A stretch of 64,000 nt of DNA from Candidatus Oxydemutator sp. (GTDB lineage: Bacteria > Pseudomonadota > Gammaproteobacteria > Poriferisulfidales > Oxydemutatoraceae): positions 416,001 to 480,000 of the forward strand of contig OZ241883.1 in the NCBI GenBank assembly GCA_965203445.1. Direction: 5' to 3'. This document shows, one piece after another, positions 9,837-20,335 of the stretch. Made by a program: the position numbers and the translations under genes. Position 1 is the first letter of the stretch. Each line of letters opens with the position of its first letter. The notes under the pieces were generated by a model. The model did not search any database. It saw only the letters and a list, made by a program, of their open reading frames with translations, and was not told the DNA's origin.

Positions 9837-11921
9837 ATGCGCCCCCAACAGCTTTTTCCGCGTCGCGCCCGCCTGCTGCCGGCGACGGCGTGGCTTTTGG
9901 CCGGCGTCTGCTGGCAGCCTGTTCACGCCGACGAGGACTTGTGCCGGAAGGAGGCTGCGGGCGGCGGTGACGGAGACGTGAAGATAAGCACGGAGCGACT
10001 GGCGACGCGCGCCGACGGGTTGTCCGCGTTTCGCGGCAACGTACAGGTCGAGCGCGGCGGCGATCGGCTGCGCGCCGACCGCGTGATACACAATCCCAGG
10101 ACGCAGCGGGTCAAGGCGCGGGGCGACGTGCGCTACTCGAGTTGCGGCGATCCCGACCCGGTGTGGTTCATCGCCGCCGACGAATTGACGTTGGACGGCA
10201 AAGAGGGCACCGGCGTGGCCAAAAACGCCTGGCTCCACGTCGCCGACGTGCCGGTCTTCTACCTGCCGCGCTACTACTTCTCGAAAAAGCGCAGGAGCGG
10301 ACTGCTGACGCCGCGCATCGCCCGCTCCGGCGACTCTGGCGGGCAGTTCGCGCAGCCGCTCTACCTGAACCTCGCGCCGAACCACGACGCCTTGATCACG
10401 CCGCATTACTACTCGAGGCGGGGCGCCCAGCTCAACGCCAGGTACCGCTATCTCTACCGGCTCGACCGCGGGCGCGCCGAGGCAGCCTGGCTGGACGACG
10501 GCGACTACGACGACGAACGTTACCACTGGGACTTTGAGCACCGCGCCGAGATAGACGATTTCTTCTCGCTCGACGCGCGCTGGCAGCGGGTGTCGGACGA
10601 GGAATACCTCGAGGATCTGCCCGCCGGTTTCGATATTTTCAGCGAATCCTATCTTCGCAGCCACCTGGAGAGCAATCTGCATTGGCGCGGTTTTCGCTTT
10701 CGCTTCATGGCCGAGGCGCTGCAACGCGCCGACGACGACGCGGCATACAGCGACCGCCCGTACGAGACGCAGCCGGCTTTCTCGGTTGCCGCGAATTTCA
10801 ACCCGCGCGGTTCGCGCCTGCACCTTGATCTGCACGCCGAGGCCGTGCGCTTCGGCCACCGCTACGACTACGTGCGCGACGACGCCGCTCCCGACGGTCT
10901 GAATCTTCGGCGCGGCAGGCGTTACCACGGCAGCCTGGCGATGCGCTGGGACTACCGCCGTCCCGGTTTTTACTTCACGCCGGCGCTGACCCTGAACCAC
11001 ACGCACTACGCTACCCGCCGCGAGCGGACGCGGCGCCGTTCGCTGCCGATCTACAGCGCGCGCGCCGGCCTCACGTTCGCCAAGGATAGCTTCGCCGGGC
11101 GTTACCGCCACACCATCGAACCGGAAATTTTCTATGTGAACGCGGCGCGCCGCAAGCAGGACGAAATTCCGCTGTACGACACCTGCGAGTCCGAGTTTCT
11201 CTTCAGCCGCCTGTTCGATGAAAATCGTTTCAACGGTATAGACCGAATCGGCGACGCCGACCGCGCGACGCTGGCGCTGACGTCGCGCCTGCTGCGTCGC
11301 GCCGACGGCGCCGAGACCGTGCGCGCGAGCCTGGGCCGCACGTATCACTTCCGCGACCGCAAGGTGGTGCTCGGCGCCGACTGCCGCGTCGCCGCGGCCG
11401 GCGCCGTGCGGCGCGCCGCGCGTTCCGACTGGGCCGGCGAGTTCGCGCTGAACGTCAATGACCGAGTGCGCCTCACGTCGTCGCTGGTCTGGGACGCCTC
11501 GGACGGCGACACCGCCAAGTACGGCTCGACGTTGTCGTTTCGCGGCGGGCGCAAGCGCGACCGCATCGTCAACCTGTTTCACCGCTACCGCGACGACGAC
11601 TACGAGCAGGCCGGCGCCAGCTTCCACGCACCGTTGGGCAAACGCCTGAGCCTGTTTGCGAGCGCGGCGCGCGATCTTCGCAACGACGCCGCGCTGCACG
11701 CCTTCGGCGGCCTCGAGTACCGCAGCTGCTGCTGGAGCGTGCGCCTGGCCGCGCAGCGGCGACTCAAGGACGTCAACAACGCGAGCGGCGACGTCGGCGG
11801 CGGTGGTCTTGATTACGACACCTTCGTCGGTATTCAGTTCAGCCTGCGCGGCCTGGGCGACGTCGGCGACAGCCTGGGGGAGCTGCTCGAACGCAGGGTG
11901 CCCGGTTACGATGCGCATTGA
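9837..11921 (+). CDS. lptD: LPS-assembly protein LptD
   Basis: Signal peptide, RRSGLLTP, LYLNLAPNHD, LFDENRFNGIDRIGDA, YRSCCW. Confidence 0.93.
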   Translation: MRPQQLFPRRARLLPATAWLLAGVCWQPVHADEDLCRKEAAGGGDGDVKISTERLATRADGLSAFRGNVQVERGGDRLRADRVIHNPRTQRVKARGDVRYSSCGDPDPVWFIAADELTLDGKEGTGVAKNAWLHVADVPVFYLPRYYFSKKRRSGLLTPRIARSGDSGGQFAQPLYLNLAPNHDALITPHYYSRRGAQLNARYRYLYRLDRGRAEAAWLDDGDYDDERYHWDFEHRAEIDDFFSLDARWQRVSDEEYLEDLPAGFDIFSESYLRSHLESNLHWRGFRFRFMAEALQRADDDAAYSDRPYETQPAFSVAANFNPRGSRLHLDLHAEAVRFGHRYDYVRDDAAPDGLNLRRGRRYHGSLAMRWDYRRPGFYFTPALTLNHTHYATRRERTRRRSLPIYSARAGLTFAKDSFAGRYRHTIEPEIFYVNAARRKQDEIPLYDTCESEFLFSRLFDENRFNGIDRIGDADRATLALTSRLLRRADGAETVRASLGRTYHFRDRKVVLGADCRVAAAGAVRRAARSDWAGEFALNVNDRVRLTSSLVWDASDGDTAKYGSTLSFRGGRKRDRIVNLFHRYRDDDYEQAGASFHAPLGKRLSLFASAARDLRNDAALHAFGGLEYRSCCWSVRLAAQRRLKDVNNASGDVGGGGLDYDTFVGIQFSLRGLGDVGDSLGELLERRVPGYDAH

Positions 11922-13221
11922 CCGTTTGCCGTTGATGACGCGAGCGCTGCGGGCGGCGTTCGCCGTCGCGCTCGCGGCCTACCCCGCGTACGCGCCAGCG
12001 GCGCCCGCCGCCGGCCAGACGCTCGACCGTATCGCCGCGGTCGTGGACGACGAGATTATCACCGTCCGTGAGCTGGACGACGCCGTGGGGCATCTGCGGC
12101 GGACGTTGCGCGAGCGGCGCGCCGAGATCCCCGAACAAAAGGTGCTGGCGGCGCAGGCGTTGCAGGAGTTGATCGTCAGAAAATTGCAGTTGCAGGAGGC
12201 GGCGCGGCGCGGCGTCGTCGTGACCGAACCGCAACTGGACCAGGCGATGGAGAACCTGGGCAAACGCAACCGCATGACGCTCGCCGAACTGAAGGAGCAG
12301 GTGGAGAAGGAAGGCGGCAGTTACGCCCGGTTGCGCGAAGACCTGCGCCGGCAGATGATCATCGCGCAACTGCGCCAGCGCGAGGTGACCGACAAGATCG
12401 AGGTCACCGAGCGGGAGATCCAGGAGTTTCTGGCGGCGCGCAACGTCGAATTCGAGTATCGTTTTGCGCGCGTGGCGCTGGCTCTGCCGGAGACCGAGGC
12501 CGGCCTCGAGCAGGCGCGCGCGTGGTTCAGGTCGCTGCGCGACGCGGCCGCGGACGGCGACTTCGGGGAGGCGGCGCGCGCCTCGGCGAGGCGCGCGCCG
12601 GAGGGGCTTAACGCGCGCTTCAAGGACCTGGGATGGCGTTACGCCGAGGAATTGCCGCGACCGCTTGCGAACAGGGCGGCGCGCATGAAGGTCGGCGCGT
12701 TTTCGCCGCTCATCAAAACCGGCAAGGCGCTGTACCTGTTTCGGCTCGAAGGCAAGCGCGACGCCGGGCAGCCCGAGGCGACGGAGATGCAGTACCACGC
12801 GCGCCACATCCTGATGCCGACCAACGCGATGGACACCGACGCCGTGGTGCGCGGCAAACTCGCGCGCATCAAGAAACGCATAGAGGACGGCGGGGATTTC
12901 TCCAAATACGCGAAGAAGTACTCGCAGGATCCCGGCAGCAGCTTCAAGGGCGGCGACCTGGGCTGGGTGTCGCCGAAGAGCATGGCGCCGGCGTTCGCCG
13001 GGAAGCTGCAAAGCAGCGCGAAGAACGAGATTGCCGGCCCGTTCAAGAGCTCCTTCGGGTGGCACTTGTTGCAGGTGCTGGGCGTGCGCGAGCACGACGT
13101 GGGCAGCGAGACGTGGCGCCGCCAGGCCGTCGCCGAAATCCGCAGGAAAAAATCTGACGAAGAAATCCGCTCGTGGCTGCTGCGCCTGCGTGAACGGCGC
13201 TACGTGGATATACGGCTGTAG
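11911..13221 (+). CDS. surA: periplasmic chaperone/PPIase SurA
   Basis: DRIAAVVDDEII, YHARHIL, YSQDPGS..KGGDLGW, SSFGWH; follows lptD; start approximate. Confidence 0.93.
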   Translation: MRIDRLPLMTRALRAAFAVALAAYPAYAPAAPAAGQTLDRIAAVVDDEIITVRELDDAVGHLRRTLRERRAEIPEQKVLAAQALQELIVRKLQLQEAARRGVVVTEPQLDQAMENLGKRNRMTLAELKEQVEKEGGSYARLREDLRRQMIIAQLRQREVTDKIEVTEREIQEFLAARNVEFEYRFARVALALPETEAGLEQARAWFRSLRDAAADGDFGEAARASARRAPEGLNARFKDLGWRYAEELPRPLANRAARMKVGAFSPLIKTGKALYLFRLEGKRDAGQPEATEMQYHARHILMPTNAMDTDAVVRGKLARIKKRIEDGGDFSKYAKKYSQDPGSSFKGGDLGWVSPKSMAPAFAGKLQSSAKNEIAGPFKSSFGWHLLQVLGVREHDVGSETWRRQAVAEIRRKKSDEEIRSWLLRLRERRYVDIRL

Positions 13222-13244
13222 GCCGCGTCCGGACGCAGGGCGGC

Positions 13245-14225
13245 GTGAACACCATCATCGTGACCTCCGGCGAGCCGGCCGGAATCGGGCCCGACGTCGC
13301 GGTCGCACTGGCGCACGTCGCGTTCGACGCCGGCGTCGTCGTGATCGGCGACGGTGATCTGCTCGCAAGCCGCGCCGCGCAAACCGGCGCCGAAGTCTCG
13401 TTCGAGCCGTTCGCGCCGGGCGCGACGCGCGGGCACGCCGGACACGGGCGGCTTGCGGTGCTCCACGTTCCGTTGAAGGCGCCGGTCGTCGCCGGGCGGC
13501 TCGATCCGCGCAACTCGGCCTACGTGCTCGAACTGCTCGACCGTGCGCTCGCCGGTTGTCTGGAGCGGCGCTTTCAGGCGCTGGTGACGTGCCCGGTGCA
13601 CAAGGCCGCGATCGCGCGTTCGGGCGTCGCCTTCAGCGGCCACACCGAATACCTGGCGGCGGCCGCGGGCGGGCGCGGCGTGATGCTGCTCGAGACCGGC
13701 GCAATGCGCGTCGCGTTGGCGACGACGCACCTGCCGTTGCGCGCGGTGGCGGACACGTTGACGCGGGCCGGCGTCGAGACGACGTTGTCCGTCGTGCACG
13801 ACGACCTGCGCGAACGTTTCGGCGTGGCGTCCCCACGCATCGCCGTGTGCGGACTCAATCCCCACGCCGGCGAGCAGGGCTGTCTCGGAAGCGAGGAACG
13901 GGAAATCATAGCGCCGGCCATACAGCGTATGCGGGCGCAAGGGATGCGCGTCGAAGGGCCGTTACCCGCCGACACCGTGTTCGTCGCCGGGCGTCTGCGA
14001 CGATACGACGTCGTCGTCGCGATGTACCACGACCAGGGGCTGCCGGTCGTCAAGCACGCGGGTTTCGGCGAGGCCGTCAACGTGACCCTCGGCCTGCCTT
14101 TCGTGCGCACCTCGGTGGATCACGGCACGGCGCTGGAACTCGCGGGCAGCGGGCGCGCGTCGGCCTCGAGCCTGGTGGCCGCGGTGCGACGGGCGGCGGA
14201 GTTGTGCGCGCCGCGGGAGCCTTAG
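13245..14225 (+). CDS. pdxA: 4-hydroxythreonine-4-phosphate dehydrogenase
   Basis: GEPAGIGP, GHTEYL, NPHAGE, MYHDQG, RTSVDHGTA. Confidence 0.97.
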   Translation: MNTIIVTSGEPAGIGPDVAVALAHVAFDAGVVVIGDGDLLASRAAQTGAEVSFEPFAPGATRGHAGHGRLAVLHVPLKAPVVAGRLDPRNSAYVLELLDRALAGCLERRFQALVTCPVHKAAIARSGVAFSGHTEYLAAAAGGRGVMLLETGAMRVALATTHLPLRAVADTLTRAGVETTLSVVHDDLRERFGVASPRIAVCGLNPHAGEQGCLGSEEREIIAPAIQRMRAQGMRVEGPLPADTVFVAGRLRRYDVVVAMYHDQGLPVVKHAGFGEAVNVTLGLPFVRTSVDHGTALELAGSGRASASSLVAAVRRAAELCAPREP

Positions 14226-14235
14226 GGTTACGGGT

Positions 14236-15000
14236 ATGCGCAAACGTTTCGGACAGCATTTCCTGCGCGACCAGGCGGTCGTCGCGCGCATCATGGAGAG
14301 CGTCGCGCCGGCGCCCGGCGACAACCTGATCGAAATCGGCCCCGGCCGAGGCGCGTTGACGCGGCCTTTGCTCGAGCGCGCCCGGCGGCTCGCGGTGATC
14401 GAGATAGACCGCGACCTTGCGCGCGGCCTCGAGGCGTGGAGCGCGCCCGGCGGGCGCCTGCGCGTGCATTGCGAAGACGCGCTGCAATTCGACTTCGCGC
14501 GCGCCGGCGGCGCCCTCAGGGTCGTCGGCAATCTTCCCTACAACGTATCCACGCCGCTGCTGTTTCGGCTGGTGCGCTTCCACGAGCAGGTCCGCGACCT
14601 GCACTTCATGTTGCAGCGCGAAGTGGTCGCGCGGCTGGCGGCGCGCCCGGGCGACGCCGCCTATTCGCGGCTCAGCGTCGTCAGTGCCTGCTGTTTCGAC
14701 GTGCGCCCGTTGTTCGACGTGCCGCCCGGGGCGTTCGCGCCTAGGCCCGCGGTCGTGTCCAGTTTCGTGCGCCTGCTGCCGAAACCCGCGCCGCCGCCCG
14801 CCGTCCGGGAACGCCTCGATTCGCTGGTCAAACTGGCGTTTTCACGGCGTCGCAAAACCGTCGCCAACGCACTGGCGACGCTGTTTGACCGGGAGGCGTT
14901 GGAGCGGCTTGGGATAAATCCGGGCCAGCGCCCGGAAACCCTGCGTGTTGACCAGTTTATGAAAATGTTGGGAACTATATACAAAAATGCACCATCGTAA
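14236..15000 (+). CDS. rsmA: 16S rRNA dimethyltransferase; last codons supplied by the inserted element
   Basis: KRFGQHFL, EIGPGRG, NLPYNVS, MLQREV. Confidence 0.96.
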   Translation: MRKRFGQHFLRDQAVVARIMESVAPAPGDNLIEIGPGRGALTRPLLERARRLAVIEIDRDLARGLEAWSAPGGRLRVHCEDALQFDFARAGGALRVVGNLPYNVSTPLLFRLVRFHEQVRDLHFMLQREVVARLAARPGDAAYSRLSVVSACCFDVRPLFDVPPGAFAPRPAVVSSFVRLLPKPAPPPAVRERLDSLVKLAFSRRRKTVANALATLFDREALERLGINPGQRPETLRVDQFMKMLGTIYKNAPS

Positions 15001-16296
15001 TGGTGATCAATGTATAGTGTGCCGTCTTGACGAGTTTATGAAAGTTTATCGAACAATCCGATACAGGTTACATGCCGGCACGCAGGCCAAAGCCCGCAAG
15101 TTGGCGGGCACGGCAGGGGCGTGCCGTTATGTGTGGAACCATTTCGTGGGGAAGTTGCGGGATGAGTATGCCGAGGAAGGCGAGTGCGATTACCGGTTTT
15201 ATTCGCTTGGTAAGCGGTTCACGGCTTTGCGAAGGGATGGCGATACGTGGTTGCAGGAGTATTCCATGCCGATAGTGCGCCAGGCATTGAAACCGATAGA
15301 AACCGCATATCGGCGGTTCTCTAAGAAGGAAGGAGGCCTGCCACGTTTCCATGCCAAGTATGTCCGCCCGGATAGCTTCCCGTTATGTGCCGGTGCATTC
15401 CGTATGCGTGGGCGCTACCTGTACATCGCCGAGATAGGCGAGGTGCTACTGCTTGGCCACAACCCATACCCGGATGGCGTGCCAAAGTCCGGCACGGTCA
15501 AGCGGGAATGCGGCAAGTGGTATGCGTATATCACATACGAAGTGGAGCAGACCGAAGTGTCGAAAGCAGAGTACTCTGTAGGAATAGATCGAAACGTCGG
15601 CCAGGTAACGTTGTCCGACGGGACGATGTATCGTATCCCGGATACGGCAAGGCCTGAGCGGCGCGTCAGGCGTTATCAGAGGATGATGGCGAGGCGTCAG
15701 GGGCCGAACCGCAAGAAGGGGATCAAGGCGTCGAACCGATGGCTACGCGCACAGTTGCTACACCAGAGGGCGCAGGCCACGTTGCGCCACGCCAGACGGA
15801 ATTGGTGCCATGGCGTATCGAGGGAAGTGGCCGACGGGTATTCTCTTGTCCATCTGGAGAAGTTGAACATCAAAGGAATGTCAGCCGGTGCCAAGGGCAC
15901 CAAAGAGAATCCAGGCAGGAACGTCCGGGCGAAGGCAGGCTTGAATCGAGTGATACTCGCCACCTGCTGGGGCAAGTTCCATCAGTGCCTGGATTACAAG
16001 ACGAATACGAACTACGTGAATCCCGCATACACAAGCCAGACGTGCAATGAGTGCGGGCATGTAGATAAGAACGGTAGAAGGTCGCAATCAGTATTTATTT
16101 GTACCGCCTGCGGTCATCGGGACAATGTGGACTGGAATTCTGCCCTTTGTATAAAGGGCAGAGGAGACGCCGCGATGAGTATGAAGGCCTCCGGGAATGG
16201 GGCTGCTGGACGTGGAGGATACGGGGTTAGCCGGCCCGTGAAGCGTCAAATTGATACAGAACGCCACCCGGTGGTGCATTTTTGTATATAATTCCC
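14970..16296 (+). mobile_element. tnpB-only element with 25-bp TIRs and 8-bp TSD
   Basis: TIRs GGGAA(C/T)TATATACAAAAATGCACCA at 14970-14994 and 16272-16296 (24/25 match); AAAATGTT at 14962-14969 and 16297-16304. Confidence 0.9.
15038..16291 (+). CDS. tnpB: RNA-guided endonuclease TnpB family
   Basis: HTH_OrfB N-terminus (GACRYVWN), RuvC-I GIDRN, RuvC-II LEKL, TSQTCNECG..CTACG Zn finger, RuvC-III DNVDWNSA; ORF opens at 14987. Confidence 0.93.
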   Translation: MKVYRTIRYRLHAGTQAKARKLAGTAGACRYVWNHFVGKLRDEYAEEGECDYRFYSLGKRFTALRRDGDTWLQEYSMPIVRQALKPIETAYRRFSKKEGGLPRFHAKYVRPDSFPLCAGAFRMRGRYLYIAEIGEVLLLGHNPYPDGVPKSGTVKRECGKWYAYITYEVEQTEVSKAEYSVGIDRNVGQVTLSDGTMYRIPDTARPERRVRRYQRMMARRQGPNRKKGIKASNRWLRAQLLHQRAQATLRHARRNWCHGVSREVADGYSLVHLEKLNIKGMSAGAKGTKENPGRNVRAKAGLNRVILATCWGKFHQCLDYKTNTNYVNPAYTSQTCNECGHVDKNGRRSQSVFICTACGHRDNVDWNSALCIKGRGDAAMSMKASGNGAAGRGGYGVSRPVKRQIDTERHPVVHFCI

Positions 16297-16339
16297 AAAA
16301 TGTTAAACAATGACGGCGATCAACTCCGGGAGGTTTGAC

Positions 16340-16720
16340 ATGCCAGACAAACTCTACGACATCAACGTGAGCGTGGAAACGCAGTTCCTCGAGGAACAGT
16401 CCGATCTGCTCAAGGATCGCTACGTTTTCGCGTACACCATCACCATTCTGAACGAGGGCAAGGTTCCGGCGCAACTGATCTCCCGCCACTGGATCATCAC
16501 CGACTCGAACCAGAAAATTCAGGAGGTGTCCGGCGAGGGCGTCGTCGGCGAGCAGCCCTATCTGCGTCCCGGAGTGAGTTTCCGCTACACCAGCGGCGCG
16601 GTCCTGGAGACGCCGTTCGGCACGATGCGCGGCAGCTACCAGATGCTCGCCGAAGACGGCACCGAATTCGAGGCCGAGATCGAAGAGTTTCAGCTGACCG
16701 CGCCGCACACCCTGCACTGA
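16340..16720 (+). CDS. apaG: ApaG protein
   Basis: YVFAYTITI, LISRHWIITD, GEGVVGEQP, YTSG; RBS GGGAGG before ATG 16340. Confidence 0.96.
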   Translation: MPDKLYDINVSVETQFLEEQSDLLKDRYVFAYTITILNEGKVPAQLISRHWIITDSNQKIQEVSGEGVVGEQPYLRPGVSFRYTSGAVLETPFGTMRGSYQMLAEDGTEFEAEIEEFQLTAPHTLH

Positions 16721-16786
16721 TTCTGCCAGCGCGCGACGAGACGCCGTCACGATACCCGTGATCAGCGCCATGAGCGCCGCCCGCCG

Positions 16787-17617
16787 ATGAGCCTCTACGC
16801 GGTCGGCGACGTGCAAGGCTGTTACGGCGACTTGCGGCGCCTGCTCGATAAAATCCGCTTCGATCCGGCGTCCGACGAGTTGTGGTTCGCCGGCGATCTC
16901 GTCAACCGAGGGCCGCAATCGTTAGAAACGCTGCGCTTTGTAAAAAGCCTCGGCGCGGCGGCACGTTGCGTGCTCGGCAACCACGAGTTTCACCTGTTGC
17001 GGCTGGCGACCGGCGTCGCCGGCAGCGACGACCCCGGCTTGCGCGCGGTGCTCGCCGCAGCCGACGCGGACGAGTTGATCGAATGGGTCGCAAGCCGCCC
17101 GCTGCTGCACGTGGATCGAAGGCGCGAACTGATTCTGGTGCACGCCGGTTTGTTGCCGCAGTGGGACGTCGAGACCGCGGCGGCGCTCGCGGCCGAAGTG
17201 GAGGCGGCGTTGCGCGGCGACGGTGATGACCGCGCGCGGCGTCGCCGGCAATTTCTGGCGACTGTGTACGGCGACCGCCCCGATCGTTGGGACGCGGCGC
17301 TCGAAGGCGCCGACCGCTCGCGCGTGATCGTCAACGCGCTGACGCGGTTGCGGTTTTGCGGCGCGGACGGGCGCATGGATCTGGAGCAGACCGGGCCGCC
17401 CGGTTCGCAGCCGCATGGTCTGCATCCGTGGTACGAATTGCCGCACCGCCACGGCGATTGCACCGTCGTGTTCGGCCATTGGGCGGCGCTGGGTTTTCGG
17501 CGGATGCCCGGTTGCGTTGCGCTCGATTCCGGCTGCGTATGGCGCGGGCGTCTGACCGCGTTTCGGCTCGAGCCCGGGCGCCGGGAGGCGTTCAGCGTGG
17601 GTTGCGGCGAGCACTGA
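16787..17617 (+). CDS. apaH: symmetrical bis(5'-nucleosyl)-tetraphosphatase
   Basis: GDVQGC, GDLVNRG, LGNH, VHAG, FGHWA, LDSGC. Confidence 0.96.
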   Translation: MSLYAVGDVQGCYGDLRRLLDKIRFDPASDELWFAGDLVNRGPQSLETLRFVKSLGAAARCVLGNHEFHLLRLATGVAGSDDPGLRAVLAAADADELIEWVASRPLLHVDRRRELILVHAGLLPQWDVETAAALAAEVEAALRGDGDDRARRRRQFLATVYGDRPDRWDAALEGADRSRVIVNALTRLRFCGADGRMDLEQTGPPGSQPHGLHPWYELPHRHGDCTVVFGHWAALGFRRMPGCVALDSGCVWRGRLTAFRLEPGRREAFSVGCGEH

Positions 17618-18149
17618 CCGCGGGCTTGTCGCCGCCGTTTCCGGTCACGGCGCCGCGTGCGCGCGGCGCGACTCTCGAAAGCACGCTGAAGCGCATGCCG
17701 TAGGCGTTGCGCTCGTCCGCCGGATGACGGCCCTGCTCGCGCGTCCGCCATTCGCGCTCGTCGAGTTCGGGGAACAGCACGTCGCCGTCGAGTTCGGCCT
17801 CGAGCAGCGTGCGGTAAATCGTGTCGGCAAACGGCAGCAACAGGCGGTAGATCTCGGCGCCGCCGATTACGAAGAAACGCGCACCGCCGACTAGCCGTTC
17901 GAGCCTTTCCGGATTCGCCGCCGTTTCAAAGCCCGCGCCCGCGAGCTCGCCGCGGCTCATGACGATGTTCCTGCGCCCGGGCAGCGCGCGGCGCCCGAGC
18001 GCGTCGAACGTGCGGCGTCCCATGACGACGGGGTGCCCCATCGTGGTCTCCCGGAAACGCCGCAAATCCGCGGGCAGATGCCACGGCATGCGGTTGCCCG
18101 CGCCGATGACGCGGTTGCGCGCGTGGCACACGATCAGCGACGCGTTCAT
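17592..18149 (-). CDS. folA: dihydrofolate reductase
   Basis: [35 protein letters not shown]. Confidence 0.96.
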   Translation of the reverse strand: MNASLIVCHARNRVIGAGNRMPWHLPADLRRFRETTMGHPVVMGRRTFDALGRRALPGRRNIVMSRGELAGAGFETAANPERLERLVGGARFFVIGGAEIYRLLLPFADTIYRTLLEAELDGDVLFPELDEREWRTREQGRHPADERNAYGMRFSVLSRVAPRARGAVTGNGGDKPAVSARRNPR

Positions 18150-18940
18150 ACTGCGACCGGCGCCGCGATGTGGGGATGCGCGTTATAGTCGAGCAGGGTG
18201 ACGTCCTCGAAACGAAAGTCGAACAGATCGGTTACCGCCGCGTTCAGCCGCACGCGCGGCGGCGGCAACGGTTCTCTCGTCAGTTGTTCGCGCGCCTGGT
18301 CGAGGTGGTTGCGGTACAGATGCGCGTCGCCGATCGAGTGGATCAGTTCGCCGCGCGCGAGTTCGCACACGTGGGCGACCATCGCCGTCAGCAGCGCATA
18401 GGACGCGACGTTGAACGGCACCCCCAGGAAGACGTCGGCGCTGCGCTGGTAGAACTGGCACGACAGGCGGTTGCCGGCGACGTAGAACTGGATCAGCACG
18501 TGGCACGGCGCCAGCCTCATGCGCCCCAACTCGCCGGGGTTCCACGCGCTGACGAGCAGTCTGCGCGAGTCGGGGTCTCGCCTGATCGCCTCGACGACGC
18601 CGCGCATTTGATCCACGCGGCCGCCGTCGGCGGCGCGCCACCCGCGCCACTGTGCGCCGTAGAGCGGGCCGACGTCGCCGTGCTCGTCGGCCCATTCGTC
18701 CCATATCGAGACGCCGTTGTCTTTCAGATAGGCGACGTTGGTGTCGCCCTTCAGAAACCACAGCAGCTCGTGGACGACCGATTTGAAATGGATCTTTTTC
18801 GTCGTCAGCAGCGGGAAACCCGCGCTCAGGTCGTAGCGCGACTGCCAGCCGAACAGCGACAGTGTGCCGGTGCCGGTGCGGTCTTCCTTGCGCACGCCGC
18901 GCGCAAGAATTTCCTCCAGCAGTCTGAGGTACGGACGCAT
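18146..18940 (-). CDS. thyA: thymidylate synthase
   Basis: DRTGTGT, ELLWF, LAPCH, YQRSAD, GVPFN; start ATG 18940. Confidence 0.97.
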   Translation of the reverse strand: MRPYLRLLEEILARGVRKEDRTGTGTLSLFGWQSRYDLSAGFPLLTTKKIHFKSVVHELLWFLKGDTNVAYLKDNGVSIWDEWADEHGDVGPLYGAQWRGWRAADGGRVDQMRGVVEAIRRDPDSRRLLVSAWNPGELGRMRLAPCHVLIQFYVAGNRLSCQFYQRSADVFLGVPFNVASYALLTAMVAHVCELARGELIHSIGDAHLYRNHLDQAREQLTREPLPPPRVRLNAAVTDLFDFRFEDVTLLDYNAHPHIAAPVAV

Positions 18941-18992
18941 TACGCGAATTATAAAACGCCCCGCCGCCCCCGTCATTCCCGCGAAACGCCAA

Positions 18993-19170
18993 TGTCAGCC
19001 CAAAGCACAAACGTCCTAATCGGACACAATGTGGTGGCTAAGGCGATAACCAGGCGGCGCTGCGGTTCAGGCCGCAGACTGGCGCCGGATCACCCGTGGA
19101 GACGTTGGCGGGGAAACCATCAAAGCGCTAAGCGCTGCCGCCAATAGGACATCTGTGCTTTGGTTCGACA
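18993..19170. mobile_element. MITE-like element with TGT...ACA ends
   Basis: Imperfect ~27-bp inverted ends TGTCAGCCCAAAGCACAAACGTCCTA / TGTCGAACCAAAGCACAGATGTCCTA; second copy at 29296-29413. Confidence 0.7.
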
Positions 19171-19219
19171 TAATTCCCACAAGCCTCGTCGCCGGATCCG
19201 ATGGTGTACAATCATCGGG

Positions 19220-20335
19220 ATGAGGCCCCCCGTTCCCGCCCGTTACTACGAACCCCAAGCACTTGAACCACGCAACCGTCGCGACGGTATCAGCGCGATG
19301 TTGCGCGTGCGCAACGGCGCGCAGTTTTTGCGTCTCGGTCTTGAGTCGTGTATAGACGTTTTCGACGAGATCGTCGCGGTGCACCATCAATGTAGTGACG
19401 ACACGCCGCAAATTCTGCATGAATACGCGGCGGCGTACCCGGGCCGGTTCAAGGTGTACGAATATCCGCATGAGGTTTTTCCCCCGAATACCCAGGAGCA
19501 CACCGAGCAAGGGCCCGAATCGCCGCACACAATCGCCGCGTTGTGCAATTACGCGCTGTCGAAGACGACGCGGCGCTTTGCCGTCAAACATGATGCCGAC
19601 CATTTGTATTGGCCGCGTTTCGCGAAAATTGCCGATTTTGTTCGCAGCGGCCGCGCCGGCGGCCGCAGCGTGTTAGTCCCGGGCGTCAATCTGGCGCGTA
19701 CGCGCGCGGGCGCTATCGGCGTATACCGGCCGCGCCCGATTTGTGGCAACGGCGACTACCTGTTTTTCCCGGTATCGCGGGGTACTTATTACGAGCATCA
19801 AGCCTCCTATGAACTGTTGTTTCAGTCGCGGCCGCTTCCACATGTATTCGCCGGTTTCGGGTTCTGGCATTTGAAGTTTCTACAGCGGCACTACGGGGTG
19901 CATCAGCACCTGTGGCGTTACAAGCCCAATGATTTTACGAAAAAGAATAGGGGCTACGACGAGCCGGTGCCTGACAAATGCCCGGCGCCGGATGGCCGCG
20001 ACTTGTGGCGTGGCTTCATTACCCACTATGAACGTAACCTCGAAGTCATTTCGTTGGAGAAATTCATCGCCTTGTTTGGCGGTAAGAGCAGCCCGTTCTT
20101 AAGCGAGAGCCAAGTGCGATTTCCGCGACGGGGGGACTGGAGGCAGGTGCGCAGATATTTCGCACATCTGATGATGCCGCTTATAGCGTTTTCGATATCG
20201 CCTCGTGTCGGTATCTACCGCAAGAATCTTTCGCCATCCTTATTGCGTATGATGTCGCCCTATTTGCTGGCGCGTTCGGTGAAGCGGGACCTGCGCGGAG
20301 TTCCCCTGCCCGTGGAAAGCGACTTGGCGGCGTAG
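19220..20335 (+). CDS. GT-A glycosyltransferase (GT2/CgtA-like)
   Basis: ISAMLRVRNG...DEIV...CSDDT...NYAL...KHDADH (DxD). Confidence 0.75.
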   Translation: MRPPVPARYYEPQALEPRNRRDGISAMLRVRNGAQFLRLGLESCIDVFDEIVAVHHQCSDDTPQILHEYAAAYPGRFKVYEYPHEVFPPNTQEHTEQGPESPHTIAALCNYALSKTTRRFAVKHDADHLYWPRFAKIADFVRSGRAGGRSVLVPGVNLARTRAGAIGVYRPRPICGNGDYLFFPVSRGTYYEHQASYELLFQSRPLPHVFAGFGFWHLKFLQRHYGVHQHLWRYKPNDFTKKNRGYDEPVPDKCPAPDGRDLWRGFITHYERNLEVISLEKFIALFGGKSSPFLSESQVRFPRRGDWRQVRRYFAHLMMPLIAFSISPRVGIYRKNLSPSLLRMMSPYLLARSVKRDLRGVPLPVESDLAA

